A stretch of 64,000 bases of DNA from Tubulanus polymorphus (Eukaryota > Animalia > Nemertea): contig NC_134033.1 in the NCBI RefSeq assembly GCF_964204645.1, forward strand, positions 7,634,655 to 7,698,654, read 5' to 3'. The notes under the pieces were generated by a model. That model did not search any database. It saw only the letters and a list, made by a program, of their open reading frames with translations, and was not told the origin of the DNA. Below, in pieces: positions 12,908-24,339 of the stretch. The stretch's first letter is position 1; the number at the start of each line of letters is the position of its first letter. The translations under genes were made by a program, and so were the position numbers.

Positions 12908-15124
12908 TCGACGTCGGTCCTCGCGTTGAGAACGGACAACAGTGCTTAATTCAGTGAACTCCCTACACAAACGTTATCGGTCGTTGTCGGCCCTCGTGTT
13001 GAGGACACTAGACTCGTCTTTCCCAGGCGAACAATGTCGAGAGACGTCGGTTCCCGCGTTGAGAACCGAACGGCGGCATTCTCTTAAGCGAACGTGAACG
13101 GTAGACACGTCTCTCTCGCACAAACGATGTCAAGCGATGTCGGTTCTCTCGTTGAGGATCGAACAGCGGCGCCTCCTTAGCGAGCTTCTCGCACGATCGA
13201 TCTCGGTCCTCCCGTTGAGGAACGAACAGCGGCGTCTCCCTAGCAAGCCTTTTGCACGATCATAGTCGATCCTCTCGTAGAGGATCGAACAGCGGCGACT
13301 CCTTAGCAAGCTTCTCGTACGATCAATTTGGAGACATCGGTCAACATCGGTCCTCTCGTTGAGGGTCGAACAGCAGCGCGCCATTAGCGAGCATCTCGCA
13401 CGATCCATGTCGGTCCTCCCGTTGAGGATCGAACGGCGGCGTCTCCTTAACGAGCTTCTCGCACGATCGATGTCGGTCCTCCCGTTGAGGATCGAACAGC
13501 GGCGTCTCTTTAGCGAGCCTTTCGCACGATCGATGTCGGTCCTCCCGTTGAGGATCGAACAGCGGCGACTCCTTAGCGAGCTTCTCGCACGATCAATTTG
13601 GAGCAACGTCGGTCCTCCTGTTGAGGAACGAACAGCAGCGCGCCCTAAGCGAGCTTCTCGCACGACCGATGTCGAGCGATGTCGGTCCTCTCGTTGAGGA
13701 ACGAACAGCGGCGTCTCCTTAACAAGCTCCTCGTACGATCGATCTCGGTCCTCCCGTTGAGGAACGAACAGCGGCGTCTCCTTAACAAGCTTTTCGCACG
13801 ATCGATCTCGGTCCTCCCGTTGAGGAACGAACAGCGGCGTCTCCCTAGCAAGCCTTTTGCACGATCAAAGTCGAGCGAAGTCAGTCCTCTCATTGAGGAT
13901 CGAACAGCGGCGACTCCTCAGCGAGCTTCTCGCACGATCAATTTGGAGCAACATTGGTCCTCTCATTGAGGGTCGAACAGCTGCGTCTCCTTAACAAGCT
14001 TCTCGTACGATCGATGTCGGTCCTCCCGTTGAGGAACGAACAGCGGCGTCTCCCTAGCAAGCCTTTTGCACGATCAAAGTCGAGCGAAGTCAGTCCTCTC
14101 ATTGAGGATCGGACAGCGGCGACTCCTTAGCGAGCTTCTCGCACGATCAATTTGGAGCAACATCGGTCCTCTCATTGAGGGTCGAACAGCAGCGCGCCAT
14201 TGGCGAGCATCTCGCACGATCGCTGTCGGTCCTCTCGTTGAGGATCGAACAGCTGCGTCTCCTTAACGAGCTTCTCGCACGATCGATGTCGGTCCTCCCG
14301 TTGAGAATCGAACAGCGGTGTCTCTTTAGCGAGCCTTTCGCACGATCGATGTCGGTCCTCCCGTTGAGGATCGAACAGCGGCGTCTCCTTAGCGAGCTTC
14401 TCGCACGATCAATTTGGAGCAACGTCGATCCTCCCGTTGAGGAACGAACAGCAGCGCGCCCTTAGCGAGCTTAGCGCACGACCGATGTCGAGCGATGTCG
14501 GTCCTCTCGTTGAGGGTCGAACAGCAACGCCCCTTAGCGAGCTTCTCGCACGATCGATGTCGATCCTCTCGTTGAGGGTCGAACAGCAGCGCCCCCTTAG
14601 CGAGCTTCTCGCACGATTGATGTCGAGCAATGTCGGTCCTCTCGTTGAGGAACGAACAGTAGCGCGCCCTTAGCGAGCTTCTCGCACGACCGATGTCGGT
14701 CCTCTCGTTGAGGGTCGAACAGCAGCGCGCCCTTAGCGAGCTTCTCGCACGACCGATGCGAGTGATGTCGATCCTCTCGTTGAGGGTCGAACAGCAGCGC
14801 CCCTTAGCGAGCCTCTCGCACGATCGATGTCGATCCTCTCGTTGAGGGTCGAACAGCAGCGCCCCTTAGCGAGCTTCTCGCACGATCGATGTCGATCCTC
14901 TCGTTGAGGGACAAACAGCAGCGCCCCCTTAGCGAGCTTCTCGCACGATCGATGTCGAGGGATGTCGATCCTCTCGTTGAGGGTCGAACAGCAGCGCCCC
15001 TTAGCGAGCTTCTCGCACGATCGATGTCGATCCTCTCGTTGAGGGTCGAACAGCAGCGCCCCTTAGCGAGCTTCTCGCACGATCGATGTCGAGGGATGTC
15101 GGTCCTCTCGTTGAGGAACGAACA
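12908..15124. repeat. GC-rich minisatellite/satellite, ~59-70 bp unit, roughly 30+ copies
   Basis: Head-to-tail unit gatgtcggtcctc(c/t)cgttgagg(a/g)tcgaacagc(a/g)gcg...ttagcgagcttctcgcacgatc, with an optional ~10-nt extension and no unique spacers. Confidence 0.9.
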
Positions 15125-15424
15125 GTAGCGACTATTTCAGCGGACGTGTACGGTGGACACGCCAGCACACTCCGCCTTGGAAGACTCCAACTCCTGCTCC
15201 TGAGAACTAGAGATTAAAATAAAAAGCATAGACTGATAGAATATGCCAGTAGTTTTATTACGACTGTCTCCCCGAACAACCAGTTTTCGACTGGCTAAAC
15301 AACTCTGGAAGACGACTCCCCTCTGCCTGCGGACTACCATCCGGACCCAAGATGGCAGCACCATCCAATACCCGACTGTACAAGTTAAACTACCTACCAC
15401 ATAAACACTCAGCCGTATACGACA
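15125..15424 (-). mobile_element. Possible solo-LTR-like segment
   Basis: On the minus strand it starts TGTCG, contains AATAAA and ends gtcgctac. There is no second copy or TSD to confirm it. Confidence 0.25.
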
Positions 15425-16592
15425 CGTTACTAGATCTTGGTCTTATATATCCCAATAAAATCAACTTAAGGTCTTAAGTTCCAAGTTAGTCTGAATACCA
15501 GTCGTTGTTACCGAATACCGGTTCCTTACAACCAACGGCTAGGTACTAGACCAGTTCCAAGTGGGCTAAAAAGATATGGAATAACTAAACTGATTTACCA
15601 TCGGTTGCGGCAAGCTGACTCATAGGCCTATCTGTCATAAGACTCTCCATGTGGTTCAACTGCGGATTGATTGGAATCTTCCACACGACTTGTAGGCTTA
15701 TCGAATTACTTTATAGGCCTAAAGCAATTGAGTAGTAGCTAAAATATATACATGATCAGGGATGAAAACGGCCCATACTGAAAAAGTTGGAAAATAGGCC
15801 TAATGGAAAAAAAATTTTTTGGGAAACAAAAATCAGTAACTTTTAGCCAAAAATCTTACTTTCTTTTGGTCAAAATGTCAATAGTTTGGGCTTGAATTAC
15901 AGCCGCTCTTTGAATGAGATGCCATATTGGTTTCTCCGACTCCACAGTTGTGCTAACTACTGCCAAAAGCCGGCTTAGGGAGCACTCCTAACTACGGAGC
16001 ACTCCGATGTGAATCCTTAGTTATGACATCCAATATAAGCCTAAAAGTTCCACCATAGACCTAGGCCTATCTCTTCACAATCACACCCCCAAGATAAATT
16101 GGCTGTGACTGTGTTGGACTACCGGTGCCGACCTGATTACACCTGCGGTAGGCCTAAAAGCCTGAATTAAAATATCATGCCAAACGAACGAAATCAAGAG
16201 TAAAAGTCGCCCCAAATATGTCCGGTTTGTTTAGGCCTACTACGGTCCATGGGTGTATTGTTTGGCAACTGTTCAGTGACATAGAATTGGCCTACTGAAT
16301 TGAATTATTCAAAAAACATTCAATGAATCTATTGTTAACGTTAGGCTAGTTAACGATAGCCTAACCTGTCAGTGGTTTAGTTTCACGATCGGATATTTTC
16401 ACAAACCACACGTTGATATAAGCCCATCCGATTATAAAAAGCTTACCACCGACGATTAGGTAACTAACTCAGTTGATACGAGCAAAAAGATTTCATTTAT
16501 CAATAGTACTTACCCAACAAGCCGTGCATAAACGCTAAACATAATTCCGAATCGAAACAACGATAATGGCCGCCGCGTTGATGTGATCCTTG

Positions 16593-16662
16593 AATCTGAT
16601 TGGTCGAGTCATACGAATCAATCTGATTGGTCGATAGATATATATCAAATCTGATTGGTCGA
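16593..16662 (-). promoter_or_regulatory. Three CCAAT boxes (aatctgATTGGtcga x3), possible NF-Y promoter
   Basis: ATTGG at 16599, 16626 and 16654 (27-28 bp spacing). A YY1-like aatggccgcc lies at ~16565, and a minus-strand GTAAGT donor-like site at 16513-16508. Confidence 0.35.
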
Positions 16663-16906
16663 ATCATACATAACGTTTCCGGAGTTCACCACCAGAGGGG
16701 TGTTGTGTCGCTACTCAACGACCCAATATGCGTTTCTGCCACATACGATATAATAATGTATGGGTGCTAACCACATCAGCTAAATAATTGGGGCCAAAAT
16801 TATTGGGTCCTAGTCCCAATAAATAGAAAATGACCCAATACGACAGAGAGGCCCCAATACTCCGAGTCTCAGAATCACGCATGTCCCGATAAGTTGGCGT
16901 TTATAA

Positions 16907-16909
<3 letters not shown>

Positions 16910-16994
<85 letters not shown>
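16910..16994. repeat. (TA)n microsatellite
   Basis: About 42 TA units. Confidence 0.98.
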
Positions 16995-16995
16995 T

Positions 16996-17280
16996 GTGTA
17001 GAATTATATTATGACGATAATGATCCAGAATTCGGTGTTACTGAATCTAATTTGACAAAACGCTATAATTACTTGTGTAAAATCAGAGACCAATTTTGGT
17101 CCAGTTGGAGCAAAGAATATTTAACTAGTTTAAGAGAAATTCAATTTGCCCATGGTCATAATTGCCAGCAAATCAAACCAGGTTTAGTTGTTTTAATATG
17201 TGACGAATCGCCAAGAAACAAATAGCGAATCGGAATTGTCTTAGAGGTAATTAGAGGTCAAGACAATTACATCAGATCAT
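16996..17280 (+). pseudogene. BEL/Pao LTR-retrotransposon integrase C-terminal (DUF5641-like) remnant, 5' half
   Basis: Translates LTKRYNYLCKIRDQFWSSWSKEYLTSLREIQ...IKPGLVVLICDESPRNK*RIGIVLEVIRGQDNYIRS and continues in frame after Polinton A. Confidence 0.85.
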
Positions 17281-17829
17281 AGTAATAGGGGTAATGGGCT
17301 TTCAGGCCGAAGGTCGAAGGGTCGAGCTCATTAAAAAACAAAACATTAAAAGTAATTTAAAACTATAATATATTTTCATAACCGTGTGTATTTTATATTA
17401 TAACTAAATATTTATTCTAAGATATTAATAATTTAAATTTTAAAAGCATATTGTATTAAATCAATTGGTCGCTCCACTTCGCTACCGCTCCGCTCCGCGA
17501 CCAATTGATTTATTTACAATACACAAATTCATATAATCAAATATATTCAAATAATAATAATTATTCTATTATTCAACTGAAATACACACGGTTATGAAAA
17601 TATATTATAGTTTTAAATTACTTTTAATATTTGTTTTTTAATGAACTCGACCATTCATCCTTTAACCTGAAAGCCCATTACCCCTATTACTCTTAAAATA
17701 TTCATGTAAATGAATAACATTTAAATTGACAGATTATTCAATATAAAAGTATATATTTACAACATTATTTCAATATTCATATTTGTGTGAATTAGATTTT
17801 TAAACATTAAAAGTGTTAGTAAAGTGTGA
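17281..17829 (+). repeat. Left TIR of Polinton A (contains the 411-bp internal palindrome 17281-17691)
   Basis: Reverse complement of 34523-35071, with about 5 mismatches seen by eye. Confidence 0.95.
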
Positions 17830-17893
17830 AATAATACATGATATAAATCATTGAACTTCTAAAATCAATTTAAAAAAAAAATTTAGTATTAAA

Positions 17894-20800
17894 ATGGAAG
17901 CAAATAAGTACTACTGCCCAGAGAAACAGAAGACAATTAAAAACATAAAAAATAAATTAAACAATAAAAGACCATACATGGAAGATTTAAGAAAATATTT
18001 TAATTCATTAGATAATAAAAAATATATAGAGATAACCGAAGCATTTAAAAGTGATATTGGTCCAGCAGCTATCGAGTTTAAATTTCATAAAGGAAACCCA
18101 TTAGAAGAAAATAAAAAACATTTAGAAAATATGAAAGAAATAATAAAAATAATAACTGATGTTGAATATCCTAAAATTAGTATATCTTCTAAAGTTAAAT
18201 TCATAAAATCTGAAGATAAACCAATATATAATATAAATTCTCATTCACAACATATTATTTCAAAACAACATATAGATGATAAATTAGATAAATGTTATAA
18301 TGAAGTAAAAACTAAAATAGAAGAGAAATATTTTGAAGGATCTGGTTTAATATTTGATGAAATAATATGTATGACTTTACATGTTTATAACACAAAATAT
18401 AATAAGTTAACTAAATCGAAACCAATTGATGAAAATAATGTATCATATTATAAAAGACCAGATATTGAAGCATCGAGTTATATTAAACTACCATTTAAAA
18501 CTAATGCTGTAATAAATGTACAAAATGAAGATGATAAATGTTTTCTATGGACAATTATAAGTTGTTTACACCCAGTTGAAGATTATAATAAACATACTTA
18601 TAGATTAACAAATTATAAACAATTTGAAAATAATTATAAGATAGATAAGTATCCTGTTATAATTAAAAACATCCCAAAAATAGAAAGAGATAATAATATA
18701 AAGATAAATGTATTTGATTTAATCAAATTACCAAATACAAAAGGTAACAATATAAAACATTATACATTAGAACCTTTATATCTATCAAAAGATTATGATT
18801 CAAACGATGTTATAGATATACTATATTATGAGAATCATTATATGTGGATTAAACAAATCGATTTATTTTTTAAATCAGAAAATGATCACCATAAAATATA
18901 TCTATGTAGAAAATGTTTACATAAATTCAGTAATGAAAGGTCATTATTAAATCATAAACAATTATGTGAAAATCATGATTATTGTAAATTAGTTTTACCA
19001 AATGAAAAGGATGAAATATTAGAATTCAAAAAATATGATTACAAAAATAAAGTACCATTTGTAATATATGGAGATTTTGAATCATTAAATAAAGAATTAA
19101 CTGATCAAGATAGAAAAGAAATATATTATAAAAGAAAGAAATTAAATTCTAATGAAAATGATTTTTCAGAAGAACCGCCAATAACAAATACAATTAAAAA
19201 GATTCATCAATCAGCCGCAACTTTCGGGTTATATATTAAATCTGATTATCCAGAACTAATTGAAAGTGAATATTATCATTATAGAAATGAAAATGTTATC
19301 AATCCTTTTTGTGACTTATTAATTGAATATGAAATAAGATTTAGTAAATTATTGAATACAAATATAGAAATTATAATGACAGAAGAAGATAAAGAAGCAT
19401 TTGCGTTTGCAGATAAATGTTATAATTGTGAAAAGATATTTAATTATAAAGATAAAAAAGTAAGAGACCATGATCATTTGAACGGAAAGTTTAGAGGCGC
19501 CGCACATGAGAATTGTAACTTACAAGCTAAGAAAATTAATTTTGTACCAGTAATATTTCATAATTTATCAGGATATGATGCTCATTTATTCATCAAACAG
19601 TTATGTCATAAAATAGAAGAAATCAATAATGAAATAGAAAGATTAAATTCAAATAGACCAAAAGATAAAATACCAACTTATAAATTAAGAATGTTAGCTA
19701 AAACATCTGAGAATTATATATCATTCCAATTTGGTTGCCTAAGATTTATAGATTCATATAGATTTTTAAATATTTCATTAGATAACTTATCAAAATCATA
19801 AGTTGATGATGAATTAAAAATATTAAAACAACACTATCCAAATAATGTTAATTAATAATAATTTTAAATTAATGAGATATAAAGGAGCAATTCCATATTC
19901 TTTCTATAAATCACATAATGATTTTAACATAACTGAATTATTAAAAGAACAATTTTATGATGAATTAAAAAATGAATATGTTAAAGATGAAGTATATAAT
20001 AGAACATTGAATATTTGGAATCACTTCAAAATAGAAAGTCATGGGCAATTGGTAGATTTATATTTAAAATCAGATGTATTATTATTAACCGATATATTCG
20101 AAAGGTTTAGAGATGTAAACCTAAAATATTTTAATATTGATCCTTGTCATTGTTATTCATCACCAGGATTAACATGGGATTGTGGATTAAAATTTACAGA
20201 TATAAAAATGGATTTGTTAACAAATATAGATCAATTACTATTATTTGAAAAATCTATAAGAGGAGGTGTTTCAGGTGTATTAGGTGATAGATATTTCAAT
20301 GTAAATGATAACCCTGGATATAAGTTATTATATATAGATGCAAATAATTTGTATGGTTTGGGCAATGATGGAACCACAACCTTATGGAGTATTTGAATTA
20401 ACTGAAGTTTTACAGAATGAAAATAATGATAAATTTGATTGGAAGAAAAGAATTCTAGATATTGCAGATGATTCAGATACTGGTTACTTCTTTGTTGTAG
20501 ATTTAGAAAATCCTGAAGATAAAAAATTTAAGTCTAGAAATCTAGCATACTGTCCCGAACATAAAACTGTAACTCATGAAGAATTATCAAATTACCAAAA
20601 AAGAATTAAACCCGAAAATCATATTCATACAGAAAAGTTAATGGTAACTCAAGAAGATAAACCTAATTATGTAGTACATTATAGAATGTTAAAGTTTTAT
20701 CTAAAACAAGGAATGATTCTAAAAAAAGTACATAGATATATTTCATTTAGTCAATCTAAGTGGTTAGAAAAATATATAGATTTTAACACCAAACAGAGAA

Positions 20801-21673
20801 CTGAAGCTAAAACTGATTTCGAGAAAGATTTCTTCAAGTTAATGAACAAGGCATTCTATGGTAAGACTTGTGAAAAAATATTAGAAATAGAAATGATATT
20901 GAGTTAGTCAGTAATGGTAAAAGAATTAGACATTTACAAACATATCCTTAGTTCATTGGTAACAGAATATTTGATGAAAATTTAGCTGCAGTTAAAATGA
21001 GAAGAACATCAATGAAATTTAATAAACTAATCTATGTTGGCGCTTCAATTTTAGAATTATCAAAATTACTAATGTATGAATTCTATTATAATGTATTACA
21101 ACCACTTTTTGGAGAAAAACATATAGAAATATTATATTTTGATACCGACAGTTACATATTAAAGAAAAAACTGATAACATAACAGATGATTTAAAAACAT
21201 TAAAACATCATTTTGATTTTAGTAACTATCCTAAAGATCATGAATTGTTTAGCAATGATAATAAAAAAGTCCCAGGGAAGTTTAAGGATGAATTAGGCGG
21301 TGAAGAAATGATAGAGTTCATAGGTATTAGATCTAAAATGTATTCATATAAAACTAAAGAACATGAAGCTAAAAAGTTAAAAGGAATAACTAAAAGTGTA
21401 GTAGAAAAGAATATTCATTTCAAAGATTACATCAATTGTATATTCAATGAAGAAGTTAGAAAACATAAGATGAGATGTTTAAGATCTGAAGATCATGAAA
21501 TGTTTATTGAAGAAATTGAAAAGATAAGTCTAAACCCATTTGATGATAAAAGATATATTTTAGATGACGGAATTCATACAGTTGCATATGGTTGCAATTT
21601 AGATGAATACTTCAAATTTAAAAGAGAAGAAACAAAAGAGAACGAGATAATGAAAAGAATTATAACGTGTTAA
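17894..21673 (+). pseudogene. polB: Protein-primed family B DNA polymerase (pPolB) of Polinton A, disrupted
   Basis: Joins ORFs 17894, 19845, 20338, 20997 and 21245. Motifs: DDKCFLW (OTU-like Cys), VIYGDFES, VRDHDHLNGKFRGAAHENCNL (endonuclease VII-like), FHNLSGYDAH, YIDANNLYG, KLMNKAFYGK, YFDTDS, PGKFKDE, IRSKMY. Stop at 19799-19801 and several frameshifts. Confidence 0.95.
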
Positions 21674-21702
21674 TCAAATTTTAATAAAAATATGTTATTA
21701 AA

Positions 21703-22056
21703 ATGGAGAGTAAACAAGCGCACAGTGAGAACAACAAATTATTTCTAGATAGAATTAAAGATATCACAAATGTAAAATCTGTAGATTATAAATTCAAAAA
21801 GTTAACAGAATTAACAATCCATAAGAAATATCTAATTACATATATTGTTACAGTTACTAATAACTATGGAGATAAATTAGTTATACACTTAGAATATGAA
21901 GGATTAAAAGGAAATACGTATAAATTCAGAACATATTTACCGGATAGATTTCATAGATTATCAAGTGAAGACTTAGAAGAATTATGTTCTGGAGATTTCT
22001 ATTTCGTATACAAAGGTAAGAATGAAAAAGGGCACCATGAAATAGATTTCGAATAA
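21703..22056 (+). CDS. Small conserved Polinton protein (possibly OB-fold ssDNA-binding)
   Basis: Intact 117 aa: FKKLTEL...NYGDKLVIHL...YLPDRF...YKGKNEKGHHEIDFE. A homologous pseudogene lies at 51409. The function is inference only. Confidence 0.7.
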   Translation: MESKQAHSENNKLFLDRIKDITNVKSVDYKFKKLTELTIHKKYLITYIVTVTNNYGDKLVIHLEYEGLKGNTYKFRTYLPDRFHRLSSEDLEELCSGDFYFVYKGKNEKGHHEIDFE

Positions 22057-22070
22057 AATATGTAAAATAA

Positions 22071-22827
22071 ATGGTGGAATTAAAAGAATACAGAATATTT
22101 GTTGATTCAAGAAAACTTACTAATTATAAATCTCATAATTTACTAGTACAATTAGATATTATGAGAATTTAAGAATTGTGTAGATTTAAAATTAGTAAAT
22201 ATAAGTTTATGTAATTCTTTTTATAATATATCGGATAAAACTATTGAAGATAATACTGTTTTAATTCATATTAGAAATGTAGATAAATGGTTTCATCTAA
22301 TTTTAAAACCAGGAGTATATAATTTAGATACATTAGCTCAAGAAATTAATCGAAGAGCACGGTTGAAAATTAGAAGAGATGATAAATTTTTAATTAGATT
22401 TATAAAAAGTGATAGCACAAATAAAATTAAAATAAAGGTATATGATGAAAGTCAACATGCATTTATGGTAAAAAAAACCTATAGCTAAACTGTTAGGAAT
22501 TGTACCAGATACCGTTACAGGAAACGTAGATGGTAATTCAAATATAATACCTTTTACACACTTTTATATTTATTGCAATTTAATCGAGCCTACAAAAACT
22601 TTCGAAGCAACTAAAGAAACAATTTGTAGTTCTAGTATACTAAATATTTTACCGCTAAAAAATGTTAAACAATTTGGAACTCAAATAAATTATAATTTAA
22701 CAGAATGTGATTTCAAACCTTGTATTTCAATAATTTTAAATTAGAAATAAGAAATCATAATGGTTATTTAATTGATTTGAATAACTTATCTGTGATATAT
22801 GAATTAGTTATAAGATGTAAAGAGTAA
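22071..22827 (+). pseudogene. Minor capsid protein (penton), Polinton A, frameshifted
   Basis: Starts MVELKEYRIFVDSRK and is homologous to 41788-42556. The C-terminus FYIYCNLI...LEIRNHNGYLIDLNN is typical of polinton pentons. Confidence 0.75.
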
Positions 22828-22843
22828 TTATTTCACTATATAA

Positions 22844-23203
22844 ATGAATATAACTGTTGGGCCGAGTATATGTTTTGGGTTTGATTTTAAACATGAGAAA
22901 GAAATTAAATTTAACATTAATGATGTAATTACACATATCAAAAATATTGCATTTTCTAATGAAACACCATTTGAGTATGAAATAACAATAGATAAAGAAA
23001 CTTTAAATGTAGAAAAGATTACTAATTTAATTAGAGAATCTTTAAGATTTTATGAATTAGATGAAGATTTTATCATCGATGATATTAAAAAAATAATAAT
23101 TGAAATATATACAAATGAAACTAGTAATGAAATAAATGTTGAAATAATCATCACTAAGATAACTAAATATTTTGATGATAGTAAATTTTTGATAAATAGA
23201 TGA
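22844..23203 (+). CDS. Hypothetical Polinton protein
   Basis: 119-aa ORF with a TAAATG start and a near-identical paralog at 42573. Confidence 0.75.
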   Translation: MNITVGPSICFGFDFKHEKEIKFNINDVITHIKNIAFSNETPFEYEITIDKETLNVEKITNLIRESLRFYELDEDFIIDDIKKIIIEIYTNETSNEINVEIIITKITKYFDDSKFLINR

Positions 23204-23421
23204 GTGATAATAAGTGGATAATAACTGGATTATATAATGGCGCATTACTATCAGTTGGAACTGTTGGTTATTCAATGGTATTAAAAAAAGTATTTAAAAT
23301 TGGAAGTGTTAATGTTGATAGATTTGATATAAATGATATCTTAAGATTAACGTTAGCAGTTACTTTATCCAATTTAACTATTGATTATTTGGAAAAACAA
23401 AAATATATTCCTCCCATATAA
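23200..23421 (+). CDS. Small hydrophobic (putative membrane) protein
   Basis: 73 aa with hydrophobic segments. It differs from 42921-43142 by one residue. Confidence 0.8.
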   Translation: MSDNKWIITGLYNGALLSVGTVGYSMVLKKVFKIGSVNVDRFDINDILRLTLAVTLSNLTIDYLEKQKYIPPI

Positions 23422-23446
23422 ATGTATAATTTTTTTTGTTAAATAA

Positions 23447-23869
23447 ATGGCTTCTGCAATTATAACTATTATAGGATCGGCAATTGTTAACGCTTTAGCA
23501 TTTACTGTTGGTGGTTATTTATTCAAGCATATTGATAAAAATGGTTCATTAACAGAACAAAAAAGACATAACTTAGCATTAGAGAAATATAATAAAGCAG
23601 CAGAAGAATATAGAGAGAAACGACAAAACTATATGGATTATATTAACAAAGAATTATATGATCAGAAGATTTCACACAGAGATTTTCAATCAGTCGATGA
23701 TGCAATGAGTTTATATAACGCAGTAACCAATAAAGAAAAATTACATCTATACAAACCTAAATTATCAGATTATTATACCCCGAGTAAAGAACAACAGAAA
23801 TATGAAATAATATGGATTTTAGGTGGAACTGTTATTGTTATATTTGTAGCATATAAATTTACTTATTAG
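23447..23869 (+). CDS. Putative membrane protein (N- and C-terminal hydrophobic helices, central coiled coil)
   Basis: MASAIITIIGSAIVNALAF...EQKRHNLALEK...IIWILGGTVIVIFVAYKF; paralog at 43167. Confidence 0.8.
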   Translation: MASAIITIIGSAIVNALAFTVGGYLFKHIDKNGSLTEQKRHNLALEKYNKAAEEYREKRQNYMDYINKELYDQKISHRDFQSVDDAMSLYNAVTNKEKLHLYKPKLSDYYTPSKEQQKYEIIWILGGTVIVIFVAYKFTY

Positions 23870-23888
23870 TAATTTTTTTTCTAAATAA

Positions 23889-24323
23889 ATGGAAGATAAA
23901 GTTGATAGTATTGATATTATGTCTCATGATATAAATTAAACTAAATTAAAAATATATTTAGAAAAACAAATATTAGAATTTGAAAGTGACTTAAAGATAA
24001 AAAAGAAAAAATATTTAAAATCTAAAATTATATATTATTTGATTATAAGTGGTTCGGTTACAATTAGTTCTGTTATAACATTTCTAGCAATATTCAGTCC
24101 ATTAACACCTTTAGCTATATCAATTGGTGTATTAGGATTAAGTTCAAGTGTTTTAACTGGTATAAGTTCAAAATAAAATATAAAAAGTAATAAAGAAAAA
24201 CTTAAAACTAATATAAAAGAAATTAATAAATTAAAGAATACACTAGATTATATAATAAGTTTAAATGGCCATTTAACAGTTGAAGAACAAGATAAATTAT
24301 TAAAAGAATTAATAAATTATTAA
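23889..24323 (+). pseudogene. Putative two-TM membrane protein, disrupted
   Basis: TAAATG start; encodes IISGSVTISSVITFLAIFSPLTPLAISIGVLGLSSSVLTGI with internal stops; paralog at 43609. Confidence 0.65.
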
Positions 24324-24339
24324 TTTTTTAATTATATAA

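Noticed and set aside
12908-15124. CRISPR-like array or Arg-rich protein ORFs
   Set aside because: Units are contiguous with no unique spacers and there are no cas genes. The ORFs on both strands are translations of the satellite.
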